Part shown: piece after piece, positions 41,647 through 53,095 of the stretch
How positions within the stretch are numbered: the first letter of the stretch is position 1
Layout of the letters: the number at the start of each line of letters is the position of its first letter
Origin: Candidatus Bathyarchaeota archaeon
GTDB lineage: Archaea; Thermoproteota; Bathyarchaeia; Bathyarchaeales; Bathycorpusculaceae
Length of the DNA: 64,000 bases
NCBI GenBank assembly: GCA_963780185.1
Contig: CAWABA010000006.1
Span: 881,404 to 945,403, forward strand
Direction of reading: 5' to 3'
Made by a program: the position numbers and the translations under genes
Notes under the pieces: generated by a model
Told to the model about the DNA's origin: nothing
The model's database searches: none
What the model saw: the letters and a program-made list of their open reading frames with translations, nothing else

Positions 41647-43364
41647 TTGGGTTTTATTGATTATGCTTGGTCAGTTTCCGTGCAAAAGGATAACACCAAA
41701 GTGAAAATACTTCAAGACACCGAGTTAGATCAGCCTACTTTGCAAATTGACAATTTCGGGTTCACCATTAAGCTTCCGACTTTTCGCATTTTGGATGATG
41801 GAGATGTTTCGTTTCTTGGACACAAATTTGCAGGTAACAATGAAGGCAAATCAAAAGTCGGACGATTATTTCGAGCAGCCGTTCTGCATTTGACAACCCA
41901 TACATTGGTACCTTTTCAAAAAGAAAAAATCGCGCCCAACGAATCAGACTCGATAGTTGAAGCGTTCGCCAAATCGCTGATTAATGACACCTACGTCAAC
42001 GCCTACATTCAGGCTTGGTATCCTGACAGGCTATTCGATATTTCTTATGCAAATGCGTTGGCTTACCAAAAAATAAAATCTTCAGAGCGAATTTTCACAT
42101 CTTCGACAAGACTTATGACGGCTCTGCTGACGAAACTTAACATAGGATTGATTAAAAATTCTCCGGGCATAGAAGAAGAGCAAACGGCAAATCAATTATT
42201 CAGCGACCTGACAGTCTCTTAAAGAAACTTTTTTGGGTTCGATGGCTGGTGAACAAATCAATCTAGAAGAGTTATTTGACGAAAAAGTAAAAAGTATAAA
42301 GGGTTTGCTTGAGCCTTTTGGCCCCTTCTTGGAGTCGCCGTCATTTAGACACACTGAAAGTAACGGTCTCTGCAGCATCTACAGCGAAGTTGAAACTTGT
42401 AATGAAGATTTTGAAAGCCTATTTGTTCAGTCCCTGATGAGTTTGGGCGGCACTGTACCTACCGTAGATAATATCGATCAATGTTGGAGACCCGAGCAGG
42501 AAGTAGAATCCCTGCAGGCATTTAACTCTGACAATTTTCAAAAGTTACGTGAAGAAAAAATCCTTGCAAAAATGGCGCCTTACGTGGCGTTAACCAGACT
42601 CAAGGGCGTATCTATTCCACCAGAAGATTACACTCAATATCTAAGAGCAAGAAATTTGATTCAGGGGGCAAGTCGGCGGCTTCTCGACATTCTTAGGTCA
42701 GCTTTCAATTATCTTGATGAGGATCCAAGGCAAGAAATGGGTCAACTGGATTTAGCTGCGGTTATTCAATCTTTGGCAAGTAACAAGCCGGCGACAGACG
42801 TGTTTGTTTTGGACGAGTACCTTAAGCCAAATTTCGCTTGGTCACTAATCTTCGACGTAAGCAACAGCATGCAAGTGAAAGGCGAATACGGCCGCGCGTT
42901 AGCGATTGCTGTGGCTGAAGCCGCAAAAGAGTTAATGACTGACCCGACGTCATGGACATTTTTCGCTTTCAACGACAAACTCCACATCTTAAAGGACAGC
43001 ACGGAGTCTTATTCGAAGCGGGTTAGAGCGAGAATAGGGGGACTAAAATTTGAAGGGCTCACGTATATTGCCGACGCGGTTCAGGTTGCGGGAAAAATGC
43101 TTGCTAAAAGGTTTGAAGAACAACGTTGCCTCATAATTATTTCAGACGGCTGGCCATATGGATACGCTAACATGCCGATGGCGCTCAAGGAAGTTGTGGA
43201 TGAGATGACGAGAAAAGGAGTTATTGTGATTCGGAATCGGCGTGGAAACAAACAGAATGGGTAACTTCTTCCACCTGCATACCTCAATTTACACGCAAAA
43301 AGACCTCATCAACAAATTCGGGTCAACATACGTCAACGCTTCCCAAAAAGCACTTGAAACATAA
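41647..43364 (+). CDS. vWA-domain protein (NorD/CobT-like), frameshifts near 42220 and 43235
   Basis: G.LDL..VIQ, MIDAS DVSNS, G.T, IISDG.P. Confidence 0.8.
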
Positions 43365-43459
43365 ACTTAAAGAAGAATCCCAGCGGTTTTCCGTGCTTTT
43401 AGGCTGTTTCTTCGCAAATCTTAAATCCTTCCTGACCTGTTAACGTTTTCAGCAGAGGG

Positions 43460-44428
43460 GTGTTTCGGTTGAGTGCACTTGAAATATTAGCCATAGTATT
43501 ACCAATAGTTGTTATTTTCATAGTTATTTATGCGCTTGTTTTGTCGATCCGTATTGTCAGACCCATAGACAAGGGTTTGGTGGAGCGTTTCGGCAAGTAC
43601 CACCGTTTTGTCGAGGGAGGAATCACCTTTCTTTTTCCGTTCATAGACCGCATCATAAAAGTGAACATTACTGAACGTATGTCGCCTGTTCAGCGCCAGG
43701 ATGTCATTACAAAAGACAAGGTTTTCATGGGTGTAGATGCAGTTGTCTTCTACAGAATCAAGCCCGACGAAACCTCCGTGAAGGCTTCACAGTACAACGT
43801 GGCCAACTTCGCCGCACAAATAGACACACTCGCCCGCACCGTTCTAAGAGACATCATCGGCGGCATGGATATGGCGATCGCAAACACTTCCAGACCCATA
43901 ATTAACACCAGCCTCAAAATGGCGTTGGATCAGCAAACGGAAATGTGGGGTATCGAGATTGTTCGGGCTGAAATCAAGGATTTAGAGCCGCCAAGGGAAC
44001 TTATCGTATCCATGGAATCCGTTCTTAAAGCAGATAACGAGCGGCAAGCGGCTGAGAAAACTGCAATAGCCCAAGCTACCTTAGCCAGCGGAGAAAAAAA
44101 CGCTGCAATTCAAGTGGCAGAGGGACAGAAGCAGGCGGCTATTCTTCAGTCTGAAGGTCAAAAGACGGCGACGGTGACGATAGCTGAAGGAGACGCCCAA
44201 GCGACCAAACTGCGCAACGAAGCATTAACAACTTACTTCAAGGACAACGCCGTCGTCTTCAAGCAACTGGAAACCATCGTCGCTTCGCTTCAGAACAACA
44301 CAAAGATTATTGTTCCCGAAGGCAAAGCAATATCGCTGATTCTAAATGAACAAGAAAACCTTGCAAAAGCAACCTTCATCCCAGTGACGATGCCGCAGCA
44401 ACAGAAAAACACGAAGCAAATGCAGTAA
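43460..44428 (+). CDS. SPFH/band-7 protein (QmcA/HflK-like)
   Basis: N-terminal TM, VERFGKY, Q.VITKD, LRDIIG, WGIEI.R.EIKD, AEG.KQA.IL..EG. Confidence 0.93.
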   Translation: MFRLSALEILAIVLPIVVIFIVIYALVLSIRIVRPIDKGLVERFGKYHRFVEGGITFLFPFIDRIIKVNITERMSPVQRQDVITKDKVFMGVDAVVFYRIKPDETSVKASQYNVANFAAQIDTLARTVLRDIIGGMDMAIANTSRPIINTSLKMALDQQTEMWGIEIVRAEIKDLEPPRELIVSMESVLKADNERQAAEKTAIAQATLASGEKNAAIQVAEGQKQAAILQSEGQKTATVTIAEGDAQATKLRNEALTTYFKDNAVVFKQLETIVASLQNNTKIIVPEGKAISLILNEQENLAKATFIPVTMPQQQKNTKQMQ

Positions 44429-44619
44429 GCTTCAAGAAATCTGAGAAGTCCACCCCTTTCTTGAGGGTGAAACCTTTTTGAAAGACTAACGGAAAAAAAA
44501 CTTCCGCCAATTGTGAAATGTGCACCAAAGGTTGGCTAAGGAGTACTCTCATGTTTTCTGAGATTGATTAAAAAAAACAAAAAAAGAAAAGAGATTTTGT
44601 TTGGATTTTTGTTTTCAGC

Positions 44620-47355
44620 TTATGCGTGTTTTCTTGTGACGAGCAATGCGAGCACTGCGCCGATTATGACGATGACGATGATGATGGCGACGATTCCGTA
44701 TTCGACTGTGCTGTTTGATGCTAAGTTGGTGGCTGCTGTTGGTGCTGGTGTTGCTGATGTTGGTGGCAATCCTGCGTAGAACATTGTTGAGGTCGATGTT
44801 GGATAGTATCCGTGTGTGCCTGCGAAGACTGCGTAGACGGTGTAGTTGCCGGAAATGTCTGGTGTCCATGTTAGACCCCAGTCGCCTAATGCGTTGGATG
44901 TTGTTGTGCCGATTGATCGGTAGTTGTTGTTGCTGTCTAAGACGTAGACGTTGATTGGTACGCCTGTCAGGTTGCTTGGCAGTGGCTGCTGCTCATAAGC
45001 TGCTTCCATCAATCCGGACATGCTAGCGTCTGAAACGCATGGCAAACCGTTCGGGAAGTTCTTTGCGACCGCTGATTGCGAAGCTCCTGGAGAGACGTCT
45101 GTGATGGTTCCTGTTATGGTTATTGGTGTCTTTGTTGTTACGCCGATTTGAGGTGCGCTGATGGTTATCTTGCTTGGTCCTTGTGCGTATGCGTAGACCT
45201 GGCCGTCGTAGCTGTTGAATGTTGTCATGACGCCGTATGCGACTGCTGTTGATGTATCGTCAAAGCCCAAGTTGCTCCAGACTAGTTGCCCTGTATTGGC
45301 GTTCAATGCTACTTCTAAGGCTCCGTGTAGCAGCGGTGGGTTGTATTCGTGTCCTTCAGAGAGGTAAAGGATTGTGTCTGCGCCTTGGCCTGCTAGGGCT
45401 TCATCTGAGAAGACCCAGAGGGGGTAGGTTCCGTATGGAGATTCTGTGCCTGCGGGCCCGTTAATCTGGTATGTGCTCCAGTCCCAGATTATGTTGCCGT
45501 TGGTCATGTTGACAGCCCATACATCCCCGCCTAAACCCCAGATGTAGAGGACTCCAGTTGTTGAGTCAGGGTTAGTTGTGAGGCCGTAAGAGTCGTATTG
45601 GTTCGGCATTTGGCCGTCAGACATTTTCACGTTGAGGTTGGTTGTCCAGATTTGTTTGCCTGTGTCCAGCGAGTATCCAGCGAGCTCGTATGAAGCATAG
45701 TTAGCTTCGCAGTAGATTCCGTCGCAGCCTGCGGGTGTGTTGCTGATTCTTGTGTAGGCTGGGTTAAAGATGCCACCAGTTCTGTTCGTTATCCACATCA
45801 ACGCGCCTGTGTTTGCATTATATCCTGCTTCTACTAGAAAGCCTTCTTGCTCTCCGACTGAAGTGAAGCCTGATTGTAAGATTATGGTGTTGCCAAACCA
45901 GTCGATTCCTGCGACGAGTCCTGAGCCGAGTCCTTGCACGAGTTGGCCGTTAAGCATTGCATTTTCAAGAACAGCCCATTGTAGTCCGCGGTTAAAGTCG
46001 AATGTGGAGCCTAGTGGAACCGTCCAGTCGAATAAGCCGCCTAAAGCTGACATTGGGCCAGATCCTGCAGAGCCTGATGCAATGATTGCTTGTGTGAAAT
46101 TGTACATTTCTATTACTTCTGGTCCGTTGGCTGCAGTGTTGAAGGTTACTGGGTTGTATTGGACGAAGCCGCTGTCAGTCCAAACTGGAATGTTCACGGT
46201 CAGTGTAGGATTGACGGTGGATGGTCCGAATGGTCCAAAAGGTTGGCTCACGTTCTGGGCCAAAGCGTATCCGATTAGGTTTCCGTTGGAATCCGCACCG
46301 AACAGACTGAACGCAGGAACGTTTGTAACAGTTGCGACCTGTTGACCTGTCAAAGCGTCGTATATAGTCCACGCGTTTGGGCTGGAGAATAAGCCGCCTC
46401 CGTTTTGTGCGACGAGGTATGGGCCGACACATCCGTATTGGTCAATTGTCGGGAAGTTGATTATCATGCCGCATTTCAATGTAAGTGTAGTGTTGATTAA
46501 CCACAGGGTTTGTCCAGTGTATAGATTGAAAGCCATGATTCCTTGCGTGCTACCTGTTTGGGTTGTGTACCAGTTTGAGTATTCTATTCCGTCCATGATA
46601 ACTGGTGCGTACTTGGGGTCGTACTGTGAGGTTGTCCAGTAGCTGCTGGATTGTTCGTTGTTGCCGTAGGGTCCTCCTGCTACTCCGCCGACACACCAGG
46701 GTTTTGTCCAGAGGATGTGTGCTGAGGCAGGTGCTTGTGTGTATGGGTTATAGTTGCCAGTCGCATTGTATCCGCCAGTTGCGGCAAATGTGTTTGGTAC
46801 ATATCCCATCCATGGTCCTGATATGGACGCCCAGAGTTGGACGTTTTCAGAGTTAACTGGTGCTTCCCAGTAGTTTGTTGGGAGTGGTGTGTCTGGTAAT
46901 CCGCCTCTCGGTGTTTGGGTCACAACAAGGATTGCTGGTTGACTTACGCTGGGTTCGTTGTAGTATTGCTGATTTGGAGCTGCGAATTGCTGTCCGCCGT
47001 ATTTCAGTTGGAACGTGTAGTTGCCTATTGCCGTCGGTGTGTAAGTAGTATATGTGCCGCCAGTTGTGTCGCCTACGAATGTTCCTAGCGACGTTTGTGT
47101 TCCACCTGGAGGGGTCACGTAAACGGTCATGTTCACAGGGTCTTGTTCAGCGAATAATGGTACGGCTAGCCAGAAGTTAACTGTCACGGTTTGTCCGACA
47201 CCGCATGGATTAGGTGCAACGTTGCAGAAAGCGATTGTTGGAACTAAGATGCTGCCTGCTGTTTGCCCATGTGTCATTACGATTGTGCCGCCGATCACTG
47301 TTATCATTAGCACTGACATTACTAGAGCTGCTAATTTATTTTTCAATAATTTCAT
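44620..47355 (-). CDS. large PQQ-like beta-propeller surface protein, paralog A
   Basis: Signal peptide, PNP.GVGQ, PLPT.YW..P, HILWTK, EH....P, YDGQVYA..GPS, CVSD.SM...ME, C-terminal TM. Confidence 0.88.
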   Translation of the reverse strand: MKLLKNKLAALVMSVLMITVIGGTIVMTHGQTAGSILVPTIAFCNVAPNPCGVGQTVTVNFWLAVPLFAEQDPVNMTVYVTPPGGTQTSLGTFVGDTTGGTYTTYTPTAIGNYTFQLKYGGQQFAAPNQQYYNEPSVSQPAILVVTQTPRGGLPDTPLPTNYWEAPVNSENVQLWASISGPWMGYVPNTFAATGGYNATGNYNPYTQAPASAHILWTKPWCVGGVAGGPYGNNEQSSSYWTTSQYDPKYAPVIMDGIEYSNWYTTQTGSTQGIMAFNLYTGQTLWLINTTLTLKCGMIINFPTIDQYGCVGPYLVAQNGGGLFSSPNAWTIYDALTGQQVATVTNVPAFSLFGADSNGNLIGYALAQNVSQPFGPFGPSTVNPTLTVNIPVWTDSGFVQYNPVTFNTAANGPEVIEMYNFTQAIIASGSAGSGPMSALGGLFDWTVPLGSTFDFNRGLQWAVLENAMLNGQLVQGLGSGLVAGIDWFGNTIILQSGFTSVGEQEGFLVEAGYNANTGALMWITNRTGGIFNPAYTRISNTPAGCDGIYCEANYASYELAGYSLDTGKQIWTTNLNVKMSDGQMPNQYDSYGLTTNPDSTTGVLYIWGLGGDVWAVNMTNGNIIWDWSTYQINGPAGTESPYGTYPLWVFSDEALAGQGADTILYLSEGHEYNPPLLHGALEVALNANTGQLVWSNLGFDDTSTAVAYGVMTTFNSYDGQVYAYAQGPSKITISAPQIGVTTKTPITITGTITDVSPGASQSAVAKNFPNGLPCVSDASMSGLMEAAYEQQPLPSNLTGVPINVYVLDSNNNYRSIGTTTSNALGDWGLTWTPDISGNYTVYAVFAGTHGYYPTSTSTMFYAGLPPTSATPAPTAATNLASNSTVEYGIVAIIIVIVIIGAVLALLVTRKHA

Positions 47356-47785
47356 TTTCTTTTTCCCCTTATTTTGTTTTTGTCAAGCAACAGATAATAC
47401 GTTTGCTCAACGAGTTCTCAATTGTTGAGGTAGGTATTTAAAACTTACGCGAAACCTCCACTAAAGGTCTGTTTTTTGAAGCTTTTCCCCAGTTTCACTG
47501 CACATTTGTTCCATAAGACACACAAATGCTTCACGTTTACATGGAGTTTTAGCACATTTTCCTGCAATAAATCTTCCAGAAACTGGTTGTTTTGCGTGGT
47601 TTGCATCCAACATGGTTCGGCAAGGATTTGGTTGGAGGAAAAAACGAAGAAATGGTTGTGCATCGACTCCTGATGTCACCAGGGCGAAATAAGAACTTGA
47701 AGAAACAGAGCGTTGTCTCGCTTAATGTTTGTTTAAAATTAAAAAAAATAAAAAAAGGAAATGGTTTTGTTTTTGTCTTTTCAGC

Positions 47786-50449
47786 TTATGGGTGTTTTCT
47801 TGTGACGAGTAATGCGAGGACTGCGCCGATTATGACGATGACGATGATGATTGCGATGCCTAGGTATTCAAGTGTGGCTTGTGTTGCTACGTTGCTTATT
47901 GGGGTTGCTGTTGGCGCAATTGTTGCTGTTGGTTCGCCTACGTACATGTGTGCTGTGGCTGATGATCCGTAGTAGCCGTTTGTTCCTGCGAAGACTGCGT
48001 AGACTGTGTAGTTGCCTGAGATGTCTGGACACCATGTTACGCCGTATGTTCCGCTTGCGTCTGATGTTGTTGATGCGATTGCGCGGTAGTTATTGTTGCT
48101 GTCCAAGACATAGATGCTGACTGGTACACCTGTGAGGTTGCTTGGCATTGGCTGCTGCTCGTAAGCGGCTTCCATCAATCCGGACATGCTAGCGTCTGAA
48201 ACGCATGGCAGACCATTCGGGAAGTTTGCTGCGACTGCTGGTTGTGATGCGCCTGCGCATATGTCTGTGACTGTGCCACTGATGGTTATGGGTGTCTTTG
48301 TGGTTATGCCGAGTGAAGGTACGTTTATTGTGGTTTTGCTTGGTCCTTGTGCGTATGCGTAGATTTGTCCGTCGTATGCGTTGAAGGTCGTCATAACGCC
48401 GTACGCGACTGCTGTGCCTGTGTCATCAAAGCCTAAGTTGCTCCAGAGTAGCTCTCCAGTGTTACCGTCGAAGGCTAATTCGTGTGCTCCGTGGAACAGC
48501 GGTGGGTCGTATTCGTGTCCTTCAGAGAGGTACAGAACTGTGTTAGAGCCTTGTCCTGCTAATGCTTCGTCAGAGAAGACCCAGATTGGATAGATACCGT
48601 ATGGAGATTCAGTGCCTGCTGGACCGTGAAGCTGATAGGTACTCCAAGACCACATAATGTTGCCGTTGGTTATGTTTAGTGCCCATACGTCGCCTCCTAA
48701 AGCCCAGACGTAGAGAACGCCTGTGGTTGCATCTGGTACGGTTTCGAAGTCAAACGAGTCATATGGGTTCGGCAGGTTGCCATCAGCCATTGGAACGTTG
48801 AGGTTGCTTGTCCAAACGGATTTTCCTGTGTCGACATTAAAGCCTTCAGCAACATATGAGTTCTGGTTGATTTCCACGTAAATTCCATGGGATAATGATG
48901 GTGTGTTGCTCAGTCTGGTGTACGACGGGTTAAGCATAGGTGCGTCAGCGCTTGTACGGTTAACGATCCATTGACAGCCTCCGTTTGCTGTGCTGAAGCC
49001 TGCTTCTACTTGGTAGCCTTTTTGCTCAGCGACTGAGACGGTTCCAGTTGTGATGACGATGGTGTTTTGACCCCATGCAGAATATCCGTAGCTGCCTAAT
49101 GTTACAGACACGTATGCGCCGTTAATGGTTGCATTCATCGGGTTTTCCCACATGAGTCCGTTCTTCCAGACGTATACGGTATTCAGGCCGATGCCCCAGT
49201 CCATGCCGAGGCTTGAGCTGATGCATTTTGTTAAGTTCCAAAAGTACATGCTTGGGTTAGTCGAGTTCACGGTGTAAAGGGTGCTTCCAACGTACATTGA
49301 TCCTGTGGTGGTGTTTGTGCCGTAGCCGATGATGTTTCCGCGTGCATCTTCACCAAAGAATGTTGGTACAGTGCCGTTGACGATGCTGGCGAGGTATTGT
49401 CCTGTTAGGGCATCAAAGATGTTGATTGAGGTTCCACTGTTGTGCCAGGTTGGGAATAATCCGCCTGTTTGTGAAGCAGGCATGTTGCCGGTGGTGAGGA
49501 TGTATGGACCGCAGACGCCGTATTGGTTGATGTTTTCGAAATCAGTGACCATTCCGCATCTAAGAATGGTGGTGGTGTTCATTACCCAGTCTGTTGCTCC
49601 TGTGTACAGGTCGATGCACATGATTCCTTGCAAGCTGCTTGTCCCGGTTGTGTACCAAGTTGAGTATTCTCTTCCATCGATGATGATTGGTGCATATTTG
49701 GGGTTATACTGTGATGTTGTCCAGTAGCTGCTGAATTGTTCACTGCCGCCAAGTTCTCCGCCTGCTACTCCTCCGACACACCACTCCTTTGTCCAGAGGA
49801 TGTGGGCGCTCTTTGGCGTAGCGGTGTATGGGTTATAGTTGCCTGTGAAGTTGTAGCCGCCTGTTGCTGCGAATGTGTTTGCTGAGTAGCCTAGCCATGA
49901 TCCCGTTAGTTGGGACCAGAGTTGGACGTTTTGAGCGTTTACTGGTGTCTGCCAGTAGGTTGTTGGAAACGGAGTATCTGGTAATCCGCCTCTTGGTGTG
50001 TTTGTCACGATGAGTGTGGTCTTTTCACTTGTGCTGCCTTGGTTGTAGTATACTTTGTTGGTTCCTGTATATTGTTGCCCACCATAAACCATCCAGAATG
50101 TGTAGTTGCCGTCTGCTGCAGGTGTGTATGTTGTCCATGTTCCACCAGTGGTGTCTGCTGTGAAGTTACCTAAAGAGGACGTCACGCCCGCTGGGGTTGT
50201 GACATAGACTTGTAGGCCTACTGGGTGTTCGCTGTCAAACATGGGGTCTGCGAGCCAGAAGCCTACTGTGACTTGTTGTCCGACTCCGCATGGGTTAGGT
50301 GCAATGTTGCAGTAAGCAATTGTAGGGACGATGACACTGCCTGTTGTTTGTGCACGTGCGTTTGGGATAAGCATAGATGAGCCGCTGATGATCATTATCA
50401 TTACAATCGAAATGGCTATAGCTGCAATTTTATTTTTTGTGTGATTCAT
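47786..50449 (-). CDS. large PQQ-like beta-propeller surface protein, paralog B
   Basis: Same architecture as paralog A with long identical peptide blocks. Confidence 0.88.
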   Translation of the reverse strand: MNHTKNKIAAIAISIVMIMIISGSSMLIPNARAQTTGSVIVPTIAYCNIAPNPCGVGQQVTVGFWLADPMFDSEHPVGLQVYVTTPAGVTSSLGNFTADTTGGTWTTYTPAADGNYTFWMVYGGQQYTGTNKVYYNQGSTSEKTTLIVTNTPRGGLPDTPFPTTYWQTPVNAQNVQLWSQLTGSWLGYSANTFAATGGYNFTGNYNPYTATPKSAHILWTKEWCVGGVAGGELGGSEQFSSYWTTSQYNPKYAPIIIDGREYSTWYTTGTSSLQGIMCIDLYTGATDWVMNTTTILRCGMVTDFENINQYGVCGPYILTTGNMPASQTGGLFPTWHNSGTSINIFDALTGQYLASIVNGTVPTFFGEDARGNIIGYGTNTTTGSMYVGSTLYTVNSTNPSMYFWNLTKCISSSLGMDWGIGLNTVYVWKNGLMWENPMNATINGAYVSVTLGSYGYSAWGQNTIVITTGTVSVAEQKGYQVEAGFSTANGGCQWIVNRTSADAPMLNPSYTRLSNTPSLSHGIYVEINQNSYVAEGFNVDTGKSVWTSNLNVPMADGNLPNPYDSFDFETVPDATTGVLYVWALGGDVWALNITNGNIMWSWSTYQLHGPAGTESPYGIYPIWVFSDEALAGQGSNTVLYLSEGHEYDPPLFHGAHELAFDGNTGELLWSNLGFDDTGTAVAYGVMTTFNAYDGQIYAYAQGPSKTTINVPSLGITTKTPITISGTVTDICAGASQPAVAANFPNGLPCVSDASMSGLMEAAYEQQPMPSNLTGVPVSIYVLDSNNNYRAIASTTSDASGTYGVTWCPDISGNYTVYAVFAGTNGYYGSSATAHMYVGEPTATIAPTATPISNVATQATLEYLGIAIIIVIVIIGAVLALLVTRKHP

Positions 50450-50742
50450 TTTTCTCTTTTCTTCCTTAATTTTGTTTTAGTTTTTTGATTGAACAACAAG
50501 CTTTTAAGCTGTTGTACAATCAGCTCTCTTTTGCCACGGCTGAGTATTTAAGATTTGCGTGGAACCGACTTTGAGCATTTACACACTTAACACCCAAAAC
50601 ATTTCGCTTTAAACGAAAAACGGATCCGGCGGAAGATGCCTAAGCTCAGAAAATAAGGTATGGCTCCCGAGTTACCCGCGAGTTACAACTCGATTGCAAG
50701 TCAATAGTTGCCAAAATCAAACGGAAATGGCTAAGTTTTCGC

Positions 50743-51792
50743 CTAAACGGGCTGCTGTTGCGAAATACAGTGAATTGCTCCGAACCCGCATATCAGGTCA
50801 ACACAGTTTACCCCAACAACGTTTCTTTTCGGAAAAAGATTCTGAAGAATAGATGTTGCAGCTTTATCATTTTCACTTTCAAAAGTCGGGACCAAAACCG
50901 TGCGGTTGCCTATGTAAAAGTTGGTGTAGCTTGCGGGCAGCCTTTTCCCTTCGTAGGCGATGTTTCCCGGCATCGGCAACTTTATGACTTCAAGTTTTCT
51001 GCCGTCCTGGTCGGTTGATTGGCACAGTAACTCGTAGTTTTTTCTTAGAGCTTCGCTGTTTTCGTCGTCTCTGTCGTCGTAGCCGCACACGACTGTGGTT
51101 GGGTTCACGAACCGCGCTAAGTCGTCGACGTGCCCGTCGGTGTCGTCTCCGGCGATGCCGTTCTTCAACCAGATGATATGGATAACGCCCAAATAGTCTT
51201 TTAGGAACTTCTCGATTTCTTCCTTTTTGAGGCAAGCGTTCCTGTTCTTGTTTAAAAGGCATTGCTCAGTGGTGAGAAGAGTTCCTTTCCCGTTAACGTC
51301 GATGGAGCCGCCTTCCAGAACGATGCCGGGTTCAAAACACCGCAGCCGCATCACTTTGTTCATTTCATGCGGAATCTGCGCGTCTTTCATGAGTTCCTCG
51401 TATTTTTCTCCCCAAGAATTGAAAGCCCAATGCACCATCGCCAAATCTGCATGTTGCTTAACGAAGATGGGACCGTAGTCGCGAAACCACACGTCAGCGT
51501 AGCCAAACTCAAAAAATCTTATCCGCTTCAAATCAACGTTGCGGCTTTGAAGTAGCGATGTTACTTTTTTCTTCATGCCCGCGTTTCTGACAAAAAGATT
51601 CACGTACTCATCCTTATGCAATAAGCTGATGATTTGAACAAATGTTTCTTCAACTTTCTCAACGCCGGATGTGAAGGTTGTTGGGTCATGTGGCCAAGCA
51701 AGCCAGATTGCCTCATGCTTAGACCATTCAGCAGGCATGCAGTACCCAAGTTCACGCGGGGTCTCTTCCTTGGCAGTTTTCATTGAATCCAT
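50743..51792 (-). CDS. aguA: agmatine deiminase
   Basis: MPAEW, WP, W.RDYGP, FN.WG, EGGSI..NG.GT, DDTDGHVD, ASY.NF, G.IHCISQQQP. Confidence 0.95.
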   Translation of the reverse strand: MDSMKTAKEETPRELGYCMPAEWSKHEAIWLAWPHDPTTFTSGVEKVEETFVQIISLLHKDEYVNLFVRNAGMKKKVTSLLQSRNVDLKRIRFFEFGYADVWFRDYGPIFVKQHADLAMVHWAFNSWGEKYEELMKDAQIPHEMNKVMRLRCFEPGIVLEGGSIDVNGKGTLLTTEQCLLNKNRNACLKKEEIEKFLKDYLGVIHIIWLKNGIAGDDTDGHVDDLARFVNPTTVVCGYDDRDDENSEALRKNYELLCQSTDQDGRKLEVIKLPMPGNIAYEGKRLPASYTNFYIGNRTVLVPTFESENDKAATSILQNLFPKRNVVGVNCVDLICGFGAIHCISQQQPV

Positions 51793-51796
51793 TGAC

Positions 51797-52708
51797 TTAT
51801 GTGTCCTCCACGAGCGCTCGGTAAGTGTCAGGTCGCCGATTTCGAAGGAAACCCCAACCCTCCTGAATCTGCTTGTTTTTTGCAAGATCCACCTTAACAA
51901 CCAAAGTTTCCTCTTCCACGCTGCTTCCTTCCTTAAGCACCGTGCCAAAAGAGTCGCATACGAATGAGCCGCCCCAAAACTTGAGTTGCCCTTCCGCACC
52001 TACACGATTCACGGCGGCAACGTGGATTCCGTTGGCTATGGCGTGTGCACGCTGCACTGTTTTCCAAGCATCATGCCAGTCTCCGTCAGATGAGACCTCA
52101 CCTTGAATTGTGCCGATCGCTGTCGGGTAAAAGAGGATTTCTGCACCCTTCAAAGCGTCGATTCTTGCAGGTTCAGGAAACCATTGGTCATAGCAGATTA
52201 GCACGCCTACACGGGCGTAACGGGTTCTGAAGACAAGGTAGCCCGTGTCGCCTGGTTCAAAAAAGTTTTTTTCGTAAAACAGAGGGTCATAGGGCACATG
52301 CATCTTGCGGTAGAGACCCAAGTTTTTGCCGTCTGCATCGATGACGACGGCTGAATTGTAGTATTTCCCGTTTGAAGCCTTTTCAAAAATCGGCGCTATT
52401 ATGACTACGCGGTTCTTCTTCGCCAACGCCGAAAAGGTTTTTGTGGTTTCTCCGGGGACAGTCTCAGCCAAGTCGTTTACGTCCCCTTTTTCTGTTTGCG
52501 GAAAATATCTTGTTCTGTAAAGTTCTTGCAGACAGATTATTTGAGCGCCTTTCCTTGATGCCTGCTCGATTCTTTCAACGGTCTTCCTCATGTTGTCGGC
52601 TACGTCGTCTGAAACGGAGGTTTGAACTAGCCCAACTTTAACGATTTTTCTGGCATCCTGCGGCTGAGAAGCGCTCGAAGCTGTAACCACCCTTTTTCTT
52701 AATCGCAA
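51797..52708 (-). CDS. aguB: N-carbamoylputrescine amidohydrolase (CN hydrolase)
   Basis: LQEL, YRKMHVP, YEK..F.PGD, ICYDQWFPE, YPTAIG, NRVG, FLRNRRPD; upstream of aguA. Confidence 0.92.
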   Translation of the reverse strand: MRLRKRVVTASSASQPQDARKIVKVGLVQTSVSDDVADNMRKTVERIEQASRKGAQIICLQELYRTRYFPQTEKGDVNDLAETVPGETTKTFSALAKKNRVVIIAPIFEKASNGKYYNSAVVIDADGKNLGLYRKMHVPYDPLFYEKNFFEPGDTGYLVFRTRYARVGVLICYDQWFPEPARIDALKGAEILFYPTAIGTIQGEVSSDGDWHDAWKTVQRAHAIANGIHVAAVNRVGAEGQLKFWGGSFVCDSFGTVLKEGSSVEEETLVVKVDLAKNKQIQEGWGFLRNRRPDTYRALVEDT

Positions 52709-53095
52709 ATATGTAAGTTTTGAAGGTAATAACTTTTCTGAAATAAGAACAGAAAAAACCCGTCACATCAAGATTTTCTTTTACCTGAGCAAGAACACGA
52801 AGTTTCCTTAAGTCCAAATTCGCAAGAATTATCCGCAAATTTGATGGAAAATTGACGAGAAGGGGTTTTTGTATGTCCAAAGGCTAGGCTAAATGATTCA
52901 AATTAGGCTGCACTCGCGCAAGTACCGTCAAAGTGTATCGTCTTTCCGTATATGCTTCACCCACCTATCGGGTACCCTTGCGCAAACACAAAAAAGGCAT
53001 AAACCAGAATATGTCATTGTGGGTCTTGTGATTCACGCAGGCGGCGCAGTATTCTACAGTCATTCGGCAAAAAACCCGCAGAAAAAGCCAGCAAA

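Noticed and set aside
44446-50449. Diversity-generating retroelement or IS200/605 end near the paralogs
   Set aside because: No reverse transcriptase or transposase; paralog differences are not adenine-specific; the hairpin near 44450 is too weak.
51793-51999. N-terminal extension of aguA (418-aa ORF)
   Set aside because: Overlaps the aguB 3' end; homology begins near MPAEW, so the start is placed at 51792.
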